NCBI GenBank assembly: GCA_045598885.1
Contig: JAZRVB010000139.1
Location: 14,961 to 78,960, forward strand
Reading direction: 5' to 3'
Length of the DNA stretch: 64,000 nt
Origin: Bacteroidales bacterium
GTDB taxonomy: Bacteria > Bacteroidota > Bacteroidia > Bacteroidales > UBA3663
Notes under the pieces: model-generated
Database searches by the model: none
What the model was told of the DNA's origin: nothing
What the model saw: the letters and a program-made list of their open reading frames with translations, nothing else
Made by a program: the position numbers and the translations under genes
Part shown: positions 18,366 through 27,560 of the stretch, in pieces
How positions within the stretch are numbered: position 1 is the stretch's first letter
Layout: each line of letters opens with the position of its first letter

Positions 18366-20207
18366 ATGAAAAATATACGTAACTTCTGTATCATCGCCCA
18401 TATCGACCACGGCAAGTCAACTCTGGCAGACCGTCTGCTGGAGTGTACCAAGACGGTAGCCGAGCGCGATATGCAGGCGCAGATTCTCGATAACATGGAT
18501 CTGGAGCGCGAGCGCGGCATTACCATCAAGAGCCACGCCATCCAGATGGATTATAACTACACTCCTCGCGAACTTAACGAGGAAGAACAGGTGATGCACG
18601 TCGGCAAACAGCAGGAAGCTGGCATGTACGTGCTCAATCTCATCGATACTCCGGGTCACGTGGACTTCTCATACGAGGTATCACGTTCCATCGCAGCTTG
18701 CGAAGGCGCTCTGCTCATCGTCGACGGCACTCAGGGCATCCAGGCTCAGACCATCTCAAACCTCTATATGGCCATCGACCACGGATTGGAGATCATCCCT
18801 GTCATCAATAAATGTGACCTCGACTCAGCTATGCCAGAGATGGTCGAGGACGAGATCATCGAGCTCCTTGGCTGCGACCGCTCAGAGATTCTCCGTGCCA
18901 GCGGTAAGACCGGCATGGGTGTACCTGAGATCCTCGAAGCCATCGTAGAGCGCGTCCCTGCTCCTGTCGGCGACCCTGAGGCACCTCTGCAGGCGTTGAT
19001 CTTCGACTCGGTCTTCAATTCTTATAAAGGTGTCATCGGCTACTTCAAGATTGTCAACGGTACGCTCAAGAAAGGCGACAAGGTAAAGTTCGTCAATACC
19101 GGTTCGGAGTACGATGCCGACGAGGTAGGCATCCTCCGCATGGACATGGAGGCACGTCCTGAGGTCGGCTGTGGCAATGTAGGCTACATCTGCTCAGGTA
19201 TCAAGACCTCTACCGAAGTGAAGGTCGGCGACACCATCACCCATCAGACGCGTCCTTGTGACAAGGCCATCGCAGGCTTCGAGGAAGTCAAGCCAATGGT
19301 CTTCGCAGGCGTCTACCCTATCGATCCTGAGGATTATGAAGACCTCCGTGCTTCGCTCGAGAAGTTGCAGCTCAACGATGCTTCGCTCTCGTTCATGCCA
19401 GAGTCTTCACTGGCCCTCGGCTTCGGTTTCCGTTGCGGCTTCCTCGGCTTGTTGCACATGGAGATCATCCAGGAGCGCCTTGGCCGTGAGTTCAATATGG
19501 ATGTCATTACCACCGTGCCGAACGTATCTTATAAGGTGTTCGACAAGCATGGCGTCGAGACCGAGATCCACAATCCATCGGGCATGCCAGATATCATGAC
19601 CATCGAGCATATCGAAGAGCCATTCATCCGCGCTACGATCATTACTCAGACAGAGTATATCGGTGGCATCATGAAACTGTGTCTCGACAAGCGTGGTGTC
19701 CTCGTGGAGCAGAAATACATCTCGGGGAATCGCGTAGAAATCTACTTCGACCTCCCGCTCGGCGAGATCGTCATCGACTTCTACGACAAGCTTAAGTCGA
19801 TCTCTAAGGGTTACGCTTCGTTCGACTACTATATTCATGACTTCCGTCCATCGAAGCTCATCAAGCTCGATATCCTGCTCAATGGCGAACAGGTCGATGC
19901 ACTCTCTACTCTCACCCACGTTGACAACGCCGAGCGCTTCGGCCGTCGTATGTGCGAAAAGCTAAAAGAGCTCATCCCACGCCAGCAGTTCGACGTTGCC
20001 GTCCAGGCTGCCATCGGTGCCAAGATCATCGCACGTGAGACCATCAAGCAGGTGCGTAAGGATGTTACCGCCAAGTGTTATGGTGGTGACGTCAGCCGTA
20101 AGCGTAAGCTGCTCGAGGCTCAGAAGCGTGGTAAGAAGCGCATGAAGCAGATCGGCAAGGTGGAGGTTCCACAAACGGCGTTCCTTGCAGTACTGAAGCT
20201 TGACTAA
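18366..20207 (+). CDS. lepA: translation elongation factor 4
   Basis: N-terminus [20 protein letters not shown], then DTPGHVDF and NKCD. LepA-specific C-terminal region ([17 protein letters not shown]). The upstream part of the track ORF (from 18309) was discarded. Confidence 0.95.
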   Translation: MKNIRNFCIIAHIDHGKSTLADRLLECTKTVAERDMQAQILDNMDLERERGITIKSHAIQMDYNYTPRELNEEEQVMHVGKQQEAGMYVLNLIDTPGHVDFSYEVSRSIAACEGALLIVDGTQGIQAQTISNLYMAIDHGLEIIPVINKCDLDSAMPEMVEDEIIELLGCDRSEILRASGKTGMGVPEILEAIVERVPAPVGDPEAPLQALIFDSVFNSYKGVIGYFKIVNGTLKKGDKVKFVNTGSEYDADEVGILRMDMEARPEVGCGNVGYICSGIKTSTEVKVGDTITHQTRPCDKAIAGFEEVKPMVFAGVYPIDPEDYEDLRASLEKLQLNDASLSFMPESSLALGFGFRCGFLGLLHMEIIQERLGREFNMDVITTVPNVSYKVFDKHGVETEIHNPSGMPDIMTIEHIEEPFIRATIITQTEYIGGIMKLCLDKRGVLVEQKYISGNRVEIYFDLPLGEIVIDFYDKLKSISKGYASFDYYIHDFRPSKLIKLDILLNGEQVDALSTLTHVDNAERFGRRMCEKLKELIPRQQFDVAVQAAIGAKIIARETIKQVRKDVTAKCYGGDVSRKRKLLEAQKRGKKRMKQIGKVEVPQTAFLAVLKLD

Positions 20208-20220
20208 GAGACCCTACCCC

Positions 20221-20247
20221 CTACCCCTCCACAAGGGAGGGGAGTAG
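20221..20247 (+). terminator. GC-rich hairpin after lepA
   Basis: CCCCTCC (20224-20230) pairs with GGAGGGG (20236-20242) around a 5-nt loop. Flanking TA/TA pairs follow a bulge. There is no clear U-tract. Confidence 0.4.
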
Positions 20248-20258
20248 AATGTCCTCCT

Positions 20259-20290
20259 AATTCCTCACTCCTCACTCCTAACTCCTCACT
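20259..20290. repeat. 32-bp repeat copy 2 (intergenic, lepA to methyltransferase)
   Basis: Identical to 9121-9152. It ends 5 nt before the ATG at 20296. Related CTCCTCACT words also occur at 28666-28682. Confidence 0.9.
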
Positions 20291-20295
20291 AAATA

Positions 20296-21276
20296 ATGAT
20301 TCGCCACCGTGCTCAACGCAACCAGACCCTGACACTCAGCGACGCTGAGCGCCACTCGTTGTCGGCACAGTTGAAGTTTCTGAAGGAGCCCGCCAATACT
20401 GAGGAGATTGAGGATTCTGTCCTGTGCCAGGACATCCTCAAAGCGCTACCAAATCTACCCGAGGGTTGTGCGGATCTGCTGATCATTGACCCACCCTACA
20501 ATCATTCAATCTCGTTCGGCTGGAGCAAGTTCAAGCAGCAGCAAAGCAGCAGCTACGAGGAGTATCTTCGATCGTGGCTACCCCAGGCCGTCAGGTTGCT
20601 CAAGCCGAATGCATCGATTTATGTCTGTGCCGACTGGCGTTCATCAGCCAGCGTGCAGCGCGTCCTCGAAGAATGTGGCATCACACTCATGAACCGCATC
20701 ACCTGGCAACGAGAGAAAGGCCGCGGCGCACAGCGCAACTGGAAGAACTCGATGGAGGACATCTGGTATGGCGTCTGCAATCCCAAGGACTATTACTTCG
20801 ACCTCGACGCCGTCAAGCTCCGTCGCTACGTCAAGGCACCTTACAAGCAGGACGGACAGCCGAAGGACTGGCAGCAGAACGAACAAGGCGAGAAATACCG
20901 TTCCACTTGTCCTCCGAACTATTGGAACGACTGCGATCCGACCAACGCTATGGATGACCTCGTTGTCCCCTTCTGGTCGATGCCAGAGAACACCGACCAC
21001 CCGACGCAGAAACCCGAGAAGCTCATCGCCAAGCTGATCTTAGCGTCCTGTCCGAAAGGTGGATTAGTCATTGATCCCTTCTTAGGTAGCGGTACCACCG
21101 CCGTCGTCGCTCGCAAGCTCGAACGTCACTACTGCGGCATCGAGCTCAATCCAGAATATGCCTGCTGGGCGCTCAAACGCCTCGAAAAAGCCAAGACCGA
21201 CACCCGCATCCAAGGCTATGAAGACGGTGTCTTCTGGGAGCGCAACGAGGGCCGTGAAAGCAAGAAGAAGAAATAA
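20296..21276 (+). CDS. beta-class N6-adenine/N4-cytosine DNA methyltransferase (N4/N6 methylase family), apparently orphan
   Basis: Catalytic motif IV DPPYN (LLIIDPPYN) lies N-terminal to the AdoMet motif I DPFLGSGTTAVVA. This motif order is the beta class. No nuclease-like neighbour. Confidence 0.85.
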   Translation: MIRHRAQRNQTLTLSDAERHSLSAQLKFLKEPANTEEIEDSVLCQDILKALPNLPEGCADLLIIDPPYNHSISFGWSKFKQQQSSSYEEYLRSWLPQAVRLLKPNASIYVCADWRSSASVQRVLEECGITLMNRITWQREKGRGAQRNWKNSMEDIWYGVCNPKDYYFDLDAVKLRRYVKAPYKQDGQPKDWQQNEQGEKYRSTCPPNYWNDCDPTNAMDDLVVPFWSMPENTDHPTQKPEKLIAKLILASCPKGGLVIDPFLGSGTTAVVARKLERHYCGIELNPEYACWALKRLEKAKTDTRIQGYEDGVFWERNEGRESKKKK

Positions 21277-21333
21277 GTCTTTATCAAAGAGGAAATAATC
21301 TTAAATTTATCATTTTTAATTTCACATTTATCT

Positions 21334-22629
21334 ATGGAACATGTAATCCCTGCCTGGATGCTGATTCCTTTTGTAGTGATGCTCCTCTGCATCGCTATCC
21401 TCCCTCTTACCAAGCTGGAAGAGTGGTGGGAACACAACATCCACAAGCTCTACGTATCGCTCCTCTTGGGCGTACCTGTAGGCATCTGGCTCTGCTTTAA
21501 TGGCATGAGCCACGAGTTGGAGCATCAGATGATCTATGACTACGTGCCATTCATCCTCTTGCTCATGGCCCTTTTCGTCACCACCGGTGGCATCTGCATC
21601 AAGGGCGACCTCAAGGCCACACCGGCCATCAACACTACCATCCTTGGCCTGGGCTACATCCTTGCCTCATTCATGGGAACCACAGGTGCAGCCATGTTGC
21701 TCATCCGTCTGCTCATCCAGACCATCTCTGAGCGCAAGTACAAGGTTCACACCATCATGTTCTTTATCGCTACAGTAGCCAACTGTGGTGGTCTGCTTAC
21801 CCCACTGGGCGATCCACCGTTGTTCCTGCTCTTCCAGAAGGGTGCTCCATTCACCTGGTTCATGAACCTCATGCCAGAGTGGCTCGTAGCAGGTGCTCTC
21901 CTCCTCGGCTTGTACTATATGGTCGATCTCTATTACTTCAAGAAGGAGCCTATCGAGAATATCAAGGCCGACATCCGCAACCAGACCCGCATCCACATCT
22001 CTGGCTTGCTCAATGTATTCTGGCTTCTCTGCGTCATCGCTTCAACCATGTTCATCAACGCTACTTATATCCCAGCTATGGGTGAGCACGACGCACCATT
22101 CTACCTCAAGCTCCTCCGTGAGTGGGCATTCATCGCTATCATTATCGCCAGCATGGTCACCACCAAGAAGCATACCCGCAAGGAGAACAACTTCTCATGG
22201 ACCCCAATCCTCGAGGTTGCCTGCGTCTTCTGCGGTATCTTCGCTACCATGACCCCAGCGCTGATGTACCTGCAGCAGAACCCTCTGCCTGTCACCGAGC
22301 CTTGGCAGTTCGTCTATTGCACCGGCTGTCTCTCAGCCTTCCTTGACAATGCTCCTACCGCCATGGTCTTCCACGCTACCGCTACCACCCTACCAATGGC
22401 CGATGGTGCTATCGTAGCTGGTATCAGCGAGGTCATGCTCAAGGCTATCTCAATGGGTGCAGTATTCTTCGGAGCCCTCACCTACATTGGCAATGGTCCT
22501 AACTTCATGATTAAGTCTATCGCTGAGCAGTCAGGTATCAAGATGCCATCGTTCTTCGGCTACATGCTCAAGTTCTCTCTCATCTACTTCCTGCCTGTCT
22601 ACATCATCGTACAGCTTATTTTCTTCTAA
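21334..22629 (+). CDS. polytopic membrane transporter, Na+/H+ antiporter / ArsB-NhaD-CitMHS superfamily-like
   Basis: 431-aa highly hydrophobic ORF with more than 10 predicted TM segments. The family assignment comes from recollection of similar Bacteroidota 'sodium:proton antiporter' annotations and was not verified. Confidence 0.55.
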   Translation: MEHVIPAWMLIPFVVMLLCIAILPLTKLEEWWEHNIHKLYVSLLLGVPVGIWLCFNGMSHELEHQMIYDYVPFILLLMALFVTTGGICIKGDLKATPAINTTILGLGYILASFMGTTGAAMLLIRLLIQTISERKYKVHTIMFFIATVANCGGLLTPLGDPPLFLLFQKGAPFTWFMNLMPEWLVAGALLLGLYYMVDLYYFKKEPIENIKADIRNQTRIHISGLLNVFWLLCVIASTMFINATYIPAMGEHDAPFYLKLLREWAFIAIIIASMVTTKKHTRKENNFSWTPILEVACVFCGIFATMTPALMYLQQNPLPVTEPWQFVYCTGCLSAFLDNAPTAMVFHATATTLPMADGAIVAGISEVMLKAISMGAVFFGALTYIGNGPNFMIKSIAEQSGIKMPSFFGYMLKFSLIYFLPVYIIVQLIFF

Positions 22630-22696
22630 TCTATCCGGAAGAAAATATTCAAATAATCTCACATTGTGTCACTAAGACACAAATAGGAACGGAAAT

Positions 22697-22840
22697 ATGG
22701 CTTCGCGTTTTTACGAAGCCATATTTCTGTTTTTATTTATGGTTTCGTTCATGCACGAAGCCATAACCTGGTACCTATCTATGGTTTCGTTCATGCACGA
22801 AGCCACAACCTCGTACCCATCTATGGTTTCGCGTCAGAGG
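22697..22840. repeat. tandem hairpin array, 42-bp period, about 3.4 units
   Basis: Units start at 22697, 22739, 22781 and 22823 (ATGG[C/T]TTCG...CGAAGCCA[T/C]). Each unit holds a 9-bp stem. The 66-aa ORF 22697..22897 is a translation artefact of the repeat. Confidence 0.85.
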
Positions 22841-22858
22841 AATACCTATAAACAAAAT

Positions 22859-22884
22859 CTGGTGGACCTTTGCAGATCCACCAG
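22859..22884. terminator. hairpin between the convergent antiporter and rnfA genes
   Basis: CTGGTGGA (22859-22866) pairs with TCCACCAG (22877-22884) around a 10-nt loop. It is positioned to serve both converging transcripts. Confidence 0.5.
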
Positions 22885-22912
22885 ATGTAAAGATTGATTC
22901 GATACTATAATA

Positions 22913-23515
22913 TTAGCCAATACCGAAGATAGCCTTGAGAGTGTTGTCGATGCCAGAGAAGCCCATGAAAGCCATGGCAAGGAGACCTGCGGTGATGAGG
23001 GCAATAGGGGTTCCCTTCATGCCCTTAGGAAGGCTGGTGATCTCGAGCTGCTCGCGGATACCTGCGAAGAGGACCATAGCGAGGGTGAAGCCGAGAGCGG
23101 TAGCTACAGCGTATACTGCTGACTCAAGGATGTTGTACTCGAAGTTGATGACGTTGATGGCAACACCAAGGATAGTACAGTTGGTAGTGATCAATGGGAG
23201 GAATACACCGAGAGCTGCATAGAGCGATGGCATAGACTTCTTGAGGATGATCTCGACCATCTGTACGAGAGCAGCGATAACGAGGATGTAGACGATGGTC
23301 TGCATGAACTCGAGGCCTGCTGGTACGAGGATGCCGTAGTAGATAGGATAAGTCACCAAGGTAGCGATAAGCATAACGAATGCTACTGCCATACCCATGC
23401 CAGCTGCAGTGTCGATCTTCTTAGATACACCGAGGAATGGACAGATACCAAGGAACTGTGCCAGGACGATATTATTAACGAATATCGCGGCAATGATCAT
23501 AATAATATAACTCAT
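22913..23515 (-). CDS. rnfA: Rnf electron transport complex subunit A
   Basis: 200-aa polytopic membrane protein of the RnfA/NqrE type. Last gene of the rseC-rnfBCDGEA order. Confidence 0.9.
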   Translation of the reverse strand: MSYIIMIIAAIFVNNIVLAQFLGICPFLGVSKKIDTAAGMGMAVAFVMLIATLVTYPIYYGILVPAGLEFMQTIVYILVIAALVQMVEIILKKSMPSLYAALGVFLPLITTNCTILGVAINVINFEYNILESAVYAVATALGFTLAMVLFAGIREQLEITSLPKGMKGTPIALITAGLLAMAFMGFSGIDNTLKAIFGIG

Positions 23516-23531
23516 GATTCTGTATCTTTTA

Positions 23532-23654
23532 GTTTAGAGTTTAGAGATTAGAGTTTAGAGAAGTTAATTAGTTCTATAGGTTATTGGAAAACCAAAACAC
23601 ATAATAGCTCTTAACTTATTAACTACTCTCAACTATAAACTCTCAACACTAAAC
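23532..23654. repeat. long imperfect hairpin element filling the rnfE-rnfA spacer
   Basis: The arms 23532-23573 and 23613-23654 are complementary at 34 of 42 positions. They are built from GAGTTTAG-type words. The loop is about 39 nt. Confidence 0.7.
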
Positions 23655-24239
23655 TTATTTATTGAAAATCTTGTTGAAGATAGCACTCAGATAACCGAGG
23701 GTAAGGAATGCACCTGGAGCGAGGACGAAGGTGAGAGCACCATAGTTCTCAGGGAAGATTGGCAATCCGAATACTGCACCTGTGCCAAGGATCTCGCGAC
23801 AAGCACCGATGATGGTGAGTGCTACGGTGAAACCGAGACCGATGCCGATACCGTCACAAGCAGAATCGAGCGCGCCATTCTTAGCGGCAAATGACTCTGC
23901 ACGACCGAGTACGATACAGTTTACAACGATCAATGGAATGAACAGACCGAGCTTAGCGTCAACCTCAGGCAAATAAGCCTTCAGGCAGAGCTGGACAACT
24001 GTCACGAAGCCTGCGATGACGACGATATAGCATGGGATATGTACCTTATCAGGGATAAAGCCCTTGATCAATGAGATAACGATGTTTGAGCAGATGAGTA
24101 CTGCCATGGTGGCAAGACCCATCGACATACCGTTGATGGCCGAAGAGGTGGTACCCAGGGTTGGGCACATACCAAGGAGCAACACGAAGGTTGGGTTCTC
24201 CTTAATGAGGCCGTTGATAATAATACCAAGTTTACTCAT
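23655..24239 (-). CDS. rnfE: Rnf electron transport complex subunit E
   Basis: 194-aa polytopic membrane protein of the RnfE/NqrD type (LLLGMCPTLG..). Confidence 0.9.
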   Translation of the reverse strand: MSKLGIIINGLIKENPTFVLLLGMCPTLGTTSSAINGMSMGLATMAVLICSNIVISLIKGFIPDKVHIPCYIVVIAGFVTVVQLCLKAYLPEVDAKLGLFIPLIVVNCIVLGRAESFAAKNGALDSACDGIGIGLGFTVALTIIGACREILGTGAVFGLPIFPENYGALTFVLAPGAFLTLGYLSAIFNKIFNK

Positions 24240-24266
24240 ATTATATATTATTATACGGTTCTACAA

Positions 24267-24947
24267 TTATTCACCTGAAGGATTAGCCTCCTCAGGACCA
24301 TCAGTGGTCTGATCTTCTGCCTCAGTCTCTGCTGGTGCAGCAGGAGCAGCAGCCTGCTGAGTAGCAGAAGTAGCAGCATCAACACCTGAGATAACACTGT
24401 ATGCCTGAGCTACAGCATCGAGGAATGCACGTGAAGAAATGGTAGCAGCAGTGATGGCATCAACCTCGCCACCGTCCTTGCTGACGGTGAGGTTGTTCTT
24501 GCCAGGGTTCTTGCCAATGACGTCACCCTTAGCGCCTTTCTGGAACCATTCAGGCATCTTTGAACCGAGGCCTGGGGTCTCAGCGTGGTTGAGGACAGCG
24601 TAACCAGAGATGTTCTTCTCAGCGTCGAAACCGATCATAACGGTTACCTTGCCACCGAAACCATTCTTGGTGATGGCCTGTACGGCGCAACCAACCTGCT
24701 GGCCACCCTTCATCACTGGGAATACGGTAGCTGCCTCGCCATTGGTTGAAGTAGAGGTGGTAGCCTCGCCTACGGTATCGAACTCTGGAGCAACGGCCTT
24801 GATAGCGGCTGTCTGAGCAGCAGCGGTAGCCTGCGCGATAGGATCGGCAGTAACCATAGCTACAGCACCGAGAAGACCGCCTACGACAACAGTGATCACT
24901 GTCAACGACAGGAACATGTTCTTAAGAGAATTTTCAAGCTTTGCCAT
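24267..24947 (-). CDS. rnfG: Rnf electron transport complex subunit G (FMN-binding)
   Basis: N-terminal TM helix. FMN-attachment region VDAITAATISSRAF. Ala/Pro/Glu-rich C-terminal tail. Confidence 0.88.
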   Translation of the reverse strand: MAKLENSLKNMFLSLTVITVVVGGLLGAVAMVTADPIAQATAAAQTAAIKAVAPEFDTVGEATTSTSTNGEAATVFPVMKGGQQVGCAVQAITKNGFGGKVTVMIGFDAEKNISGYAVLNHAETPGLGSKMPEWFQKGAKGDVIGKNPGKNNLTVSKDGGEVDAITAATISSRAFLDAVAQAYSVISGVDAATSATQQAAAPAAPAETEAEDQTTDGPEEANPSGE

Positions 24948-24955
24948 AGTAGTGA

Positions 24956-25906
24956 TTACTTATTAACAACGCCAAAACGCTGTGGTTTTACATAGGTGTT
25001 GAGCAAAGGTACGAAGGCGTTCATAATGAAGATCGCGAACGACATACCCTCAGGGTAAGCACCGAAACGACGGATCACGATAGTCAGGAAACCGATGCAG
25101 ACACCGTAGATGAGCTGCGAGCGTGAGTTCATTGGAGAAGTCACATAGTCGGTAGCCATGTAGATAGCACCAAGCATCATACCACCACAGAGGAGCTCGG
25201 TAACGGCGATCTGGAAGTCGAAACCATAGAACAGGAAGCCGAATACGAGTGAAGAGAGGAGGATCGATACTGGAATGTGCCAGGTAATGGTCTTGCGGAT
25301 GAGCATGTAGACGAAACCGATGAGCAATGCGATGGCTGAGATCTCACCCATCGAACCACCGGTAGTACCAACGAGGCAGTCGATCATATTAGGGAGCTCT
25401 ACGTTAGCGCCATTGATGTACTGACCGATGACAGCCAATGGAGTAGCACCGGTAGCGACGTCAGCATAACCAGCCTCGGTAGGCCAGGTGGTCATCTGTA
25501 CTGGATAAGCCACGAGGAGGAAGATACGACCAGTGAGCGCTGGGTTGAAGATGTTCTGGCCCAAGCCACCGTAAGACATCTTGCCGATGCCGATAGCTAC
25601 GAGAGCGCCGATGATGATGATCCAGATTGGGAGGTTACTTGGCACGTTGAAAGCCAGGAGCAGACCGGTGAGGACTGCAGAGAGATCGCAGATGCTTGGA
25701 GTCGTCTTCATGACGAACTTCTGAATCAGGAACTCAAAAAGCACGCAAGCACATACGGCAGTGAGGGTGACGATGATGGCACCCATGCCGAACTGGTAGA
25801 ACGACCAGAGCAGTGCAGGACACAGCGCAATGATCACCTGAAGCATACACTTCTGGGTGCTGTTGCCGCTGTGGACGTGCGGAGACAATGAGACGTTAAG
25901 TTTCAT
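24956..25906 (-). CDS. rnfD: Rnf electron transport complex subunit D
   Basis: 316-aa polytopic membrane protein of the RnfD/NqrB type with a TGATPLA flavin-attachment-like motif. Confidence 0.9.
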   Translation of the reverse strand: MKLNVSLSPHVHSGNSTQKCMLQVIIALCPALLWSFYQFGMGAIIVTLTAVCACVLFEFLIQKFVMKTTPSICDLSAVLTGLLLAFNVPSNLPIWIIIIGALVAIGIGKMSYGGLGQNIFNPALTGRIFLLVAYPVQMTTWPTEAGYADVATGATPLAVIGQYINGANVELPNMIDCLVGTTGGSMGEISAIALLIGFVYMLIRKTITWHIPVSILLSSLVFGFLFYGFDFQIAVTELLCGGMMLGAIYMATDYVTSPMNSRSQLIYGVCIGFLTIVIRRFGAYPEGMSFAIFIMNAFVPLLNTYVKPQRFGVVNK

Positions 25907-26032
25907 ATTCTATAAATTGAAGAATTGAAGAATTAAAGAATTATAAAATTGTTACCTTTTCTTCGCGAATAATCTCGTCAAAAGGACATTCAATTCTATC
26001 ATTTTTTAATTCTATCATTTTATAATTAATAA
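25907..26032. repeat. AT-rich hairpin element filling the rnfC-rnfD spacer (paralog of 27416-27560)
   Basis: The arms 25915-25951 and 25991-26027 are complementary at 27 of 37 positions. The loop contains TTCGCGAA. Long blocks are shared with the rnfB-rnfC element (ATAAAATTGTTAC.., ..TTATCATTTTATAATT). Confidence 0.7.
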
Positions 26033-27415
26033 TTACTTCTTTGCTTCTGCAGCAGCCTTTGCAGCATCGGCCTTGGCCTTAGCCTCAGCAGCACGTGCAC
26101 GAAGGATACCCATTACCTTTGGCTTACCCTGACGGATCCAGTCGAGCAATGGACGGTTGGCAGGACATGAGAACTGGCAAGAGCCGCACTCGATACAGTC
26201 GTATACGCGCTCCTCCTCAGCCTTGTCGAGCATGTTGAGCTCAGAATACTTAGCCAGAAAGTTTGGCTGAAGACCCATTGGACAAGCATGTACACACTTG
26301 GCACACTTGATACAAGGACCAGCTGCCTTACGGCGAGCCTCCTCATTCTTCATGATCAGTATGCCAGAGCAACCCTTGACCATATAAGAATTGGTGTCTG
26401 GCATAGCCTTACCCATCATTGGACCACCAGAGATGATCTTGCCAGTATCCTCAGGAACGCCACCAGCAGCAGCGATGAGGTCAGCAACAGGAACGCCGAG
26501 ACGAGCGAGGAAGTTCGATGGCTTCTTGACAGACTTACCAGTGACAGTAACGACACGCTCGATGAGTGGCTTGTTCTTCTGAACAGCCTCGTATACGGCA
26601 AATGCGGTACCAACGTTCTGAACGAGAGCGCCAGTAGCGATTGGCAGGCCGCCTGATGGAACCTCCTTACCGATAACAGCATTGATCAACTGCTTCTCAC
26701 CACCCTGTGGATACTTGAGCTGGAGAGGAACGATCTCGATCTCAGGGAAACCCTTCTTTGCGGTCTCGGTCATGAGCTTGATAGCATCTGGCTTGTTGGC
26801 CTCGATACCTACGTAAGCCTTCTTGACACCCATAGCCTTCTCAAGGATCTGCACACCGATGAGGATTTCCTCAGGATGAGCGAGCATGAGTGAGTGGTCA
26901 GAGGTGAGATATGGCTCACACTCTACAGCATTGATGATGACACACTCTGGCTTGGCTGTAGGAGGAGGAGTAAGCTTGACCTGAGTTGGGAAGGTAGCAC
27001 CACCCATACCTACGATACCGCATGCCTTGACGCGGTCGATGATCTCCTGCTTCTCAAGCTTGATCTCGCGGACAATGTCCTTCGAGCGGTCGATGGTCTC
27101 TTCCCACTCGTCGCCCTCAACCTTGATGAAGACAGCTGGCACCTTCTTGCCGGTGGCATCCTCAACGAGATCTACCTTATCGACAGTACCTGAGACTGAA
27201 GAATGTACGAAAGAAGAAAGGAATCCGCCTGGCTCGCCAATTGGAGTACCCACCTTCACCTTATCGCCTTTAGCGACGATAGCCTTTGACGGAGCACCCA
27301 GGTTCTGTGCCATTGGGATGGCGACAACTGCAGGAACTGCAGCCACCTCGATAGGCGCCTTGTCTGAAAGCTTATTTGCGGCGGGATGAACACCGCCGAG
27401 TTTGAAAGTCTTCAT
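26033..27415 (-). CDS. rnfC: Rnf electron transport complex subunit C
   Basis: GMGGATFPT nucleotide-binding region. Two 4Fe-4S motifs, CIKCAKCVHACP and CIECGSCQFSCP. Ala/Lys-rich C-terminal tail. Confidence 0.92.
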   Translation of the reverse strand: MKTFKLGGVHPAANKLSDKAPIEVAAVPAVVAIPMAQNLGAPSKAIVAKGDKVKVGTPIGEPGGFLSSFVHSSVSGTVDKVDLVEDATGKKVPAVFIKVEGDEWEETIDRSKDIVREIKLEKQEIIDRVKACGIVGMGGATFPTQVKLTPPPTAKPECVIINAVECEPYLTSDHSLMLAHPEEILIGVQILEKAMGVKKAYVGIEANKPDAIKLMTETAKKGFPEIEIVPLQLKYPQGGEKQLINAVIGKEVPSGGLPIATGALVQNVGTAFAVYEAVQKNKPLIERVVTVTGKSVKKPSNFLARLGVPVADLIAAAGGVPEDTGKIISGGPMMGKAMPDTNSYMVKGCSGILIMKNEEARRKAAGPCIKCAKCVHACPMGLQPNFLAKYSELNMLDKAEEERVYDCIECGSCQFSCPANRPLLDWIRQGKPKVMGILRARAAEAKAKADAAKAAAEAKK

Positions 27416-27560
27416 ATTATCAATTTTGCTTTTACAATCAAAAAATCAAATTATAAAATTGAAGAATTAGAAAATTATAAAATTGTTACTTCTCTTACGC
27501 GAAATGTCACATCAAGCAGCACATACAATTCTATAATTATTTAATTTTATCATTTTATAA
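27416..27560. repeat. AT-rich hairpin element filling the rnfB-rnfC spacer (paralog of 25907-26032)
   Basis: Two arms of about 37 bp (about 27450-27486 and 27525-27561) are complementary at 29 of 37 positions. The loop contains TACGCGAA. Confidence 0.7.

Noticed and set aside
20208-22629. A search for a restriction endonuclease or specificity subunit next to the methyltransferase.
   Set aside because: The flanks are lepA and a polytopic transporter. The remaining ORFs in the region are short shadow ORFs inside those genes.
22697-22840. The idea that the 42-bp-period arrays (here and at 53493-53618) are small CRISPR arrays.
   Set aside because: Each has only 3-4 units. The inter-stem 'spacers' are themselves conserved between units. 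There are no cas genes in the window, and the unit architecture (9-bp stem plus a short spacer) does not fit CRISPR repeats.
22697-22897. A 66-aa ORF with the repeated peptide MVSFMHEA.
   Set aside because: The peptide repeat is simply the translation of the 42-bp tandem hairpin array. There is no independent coding signal.
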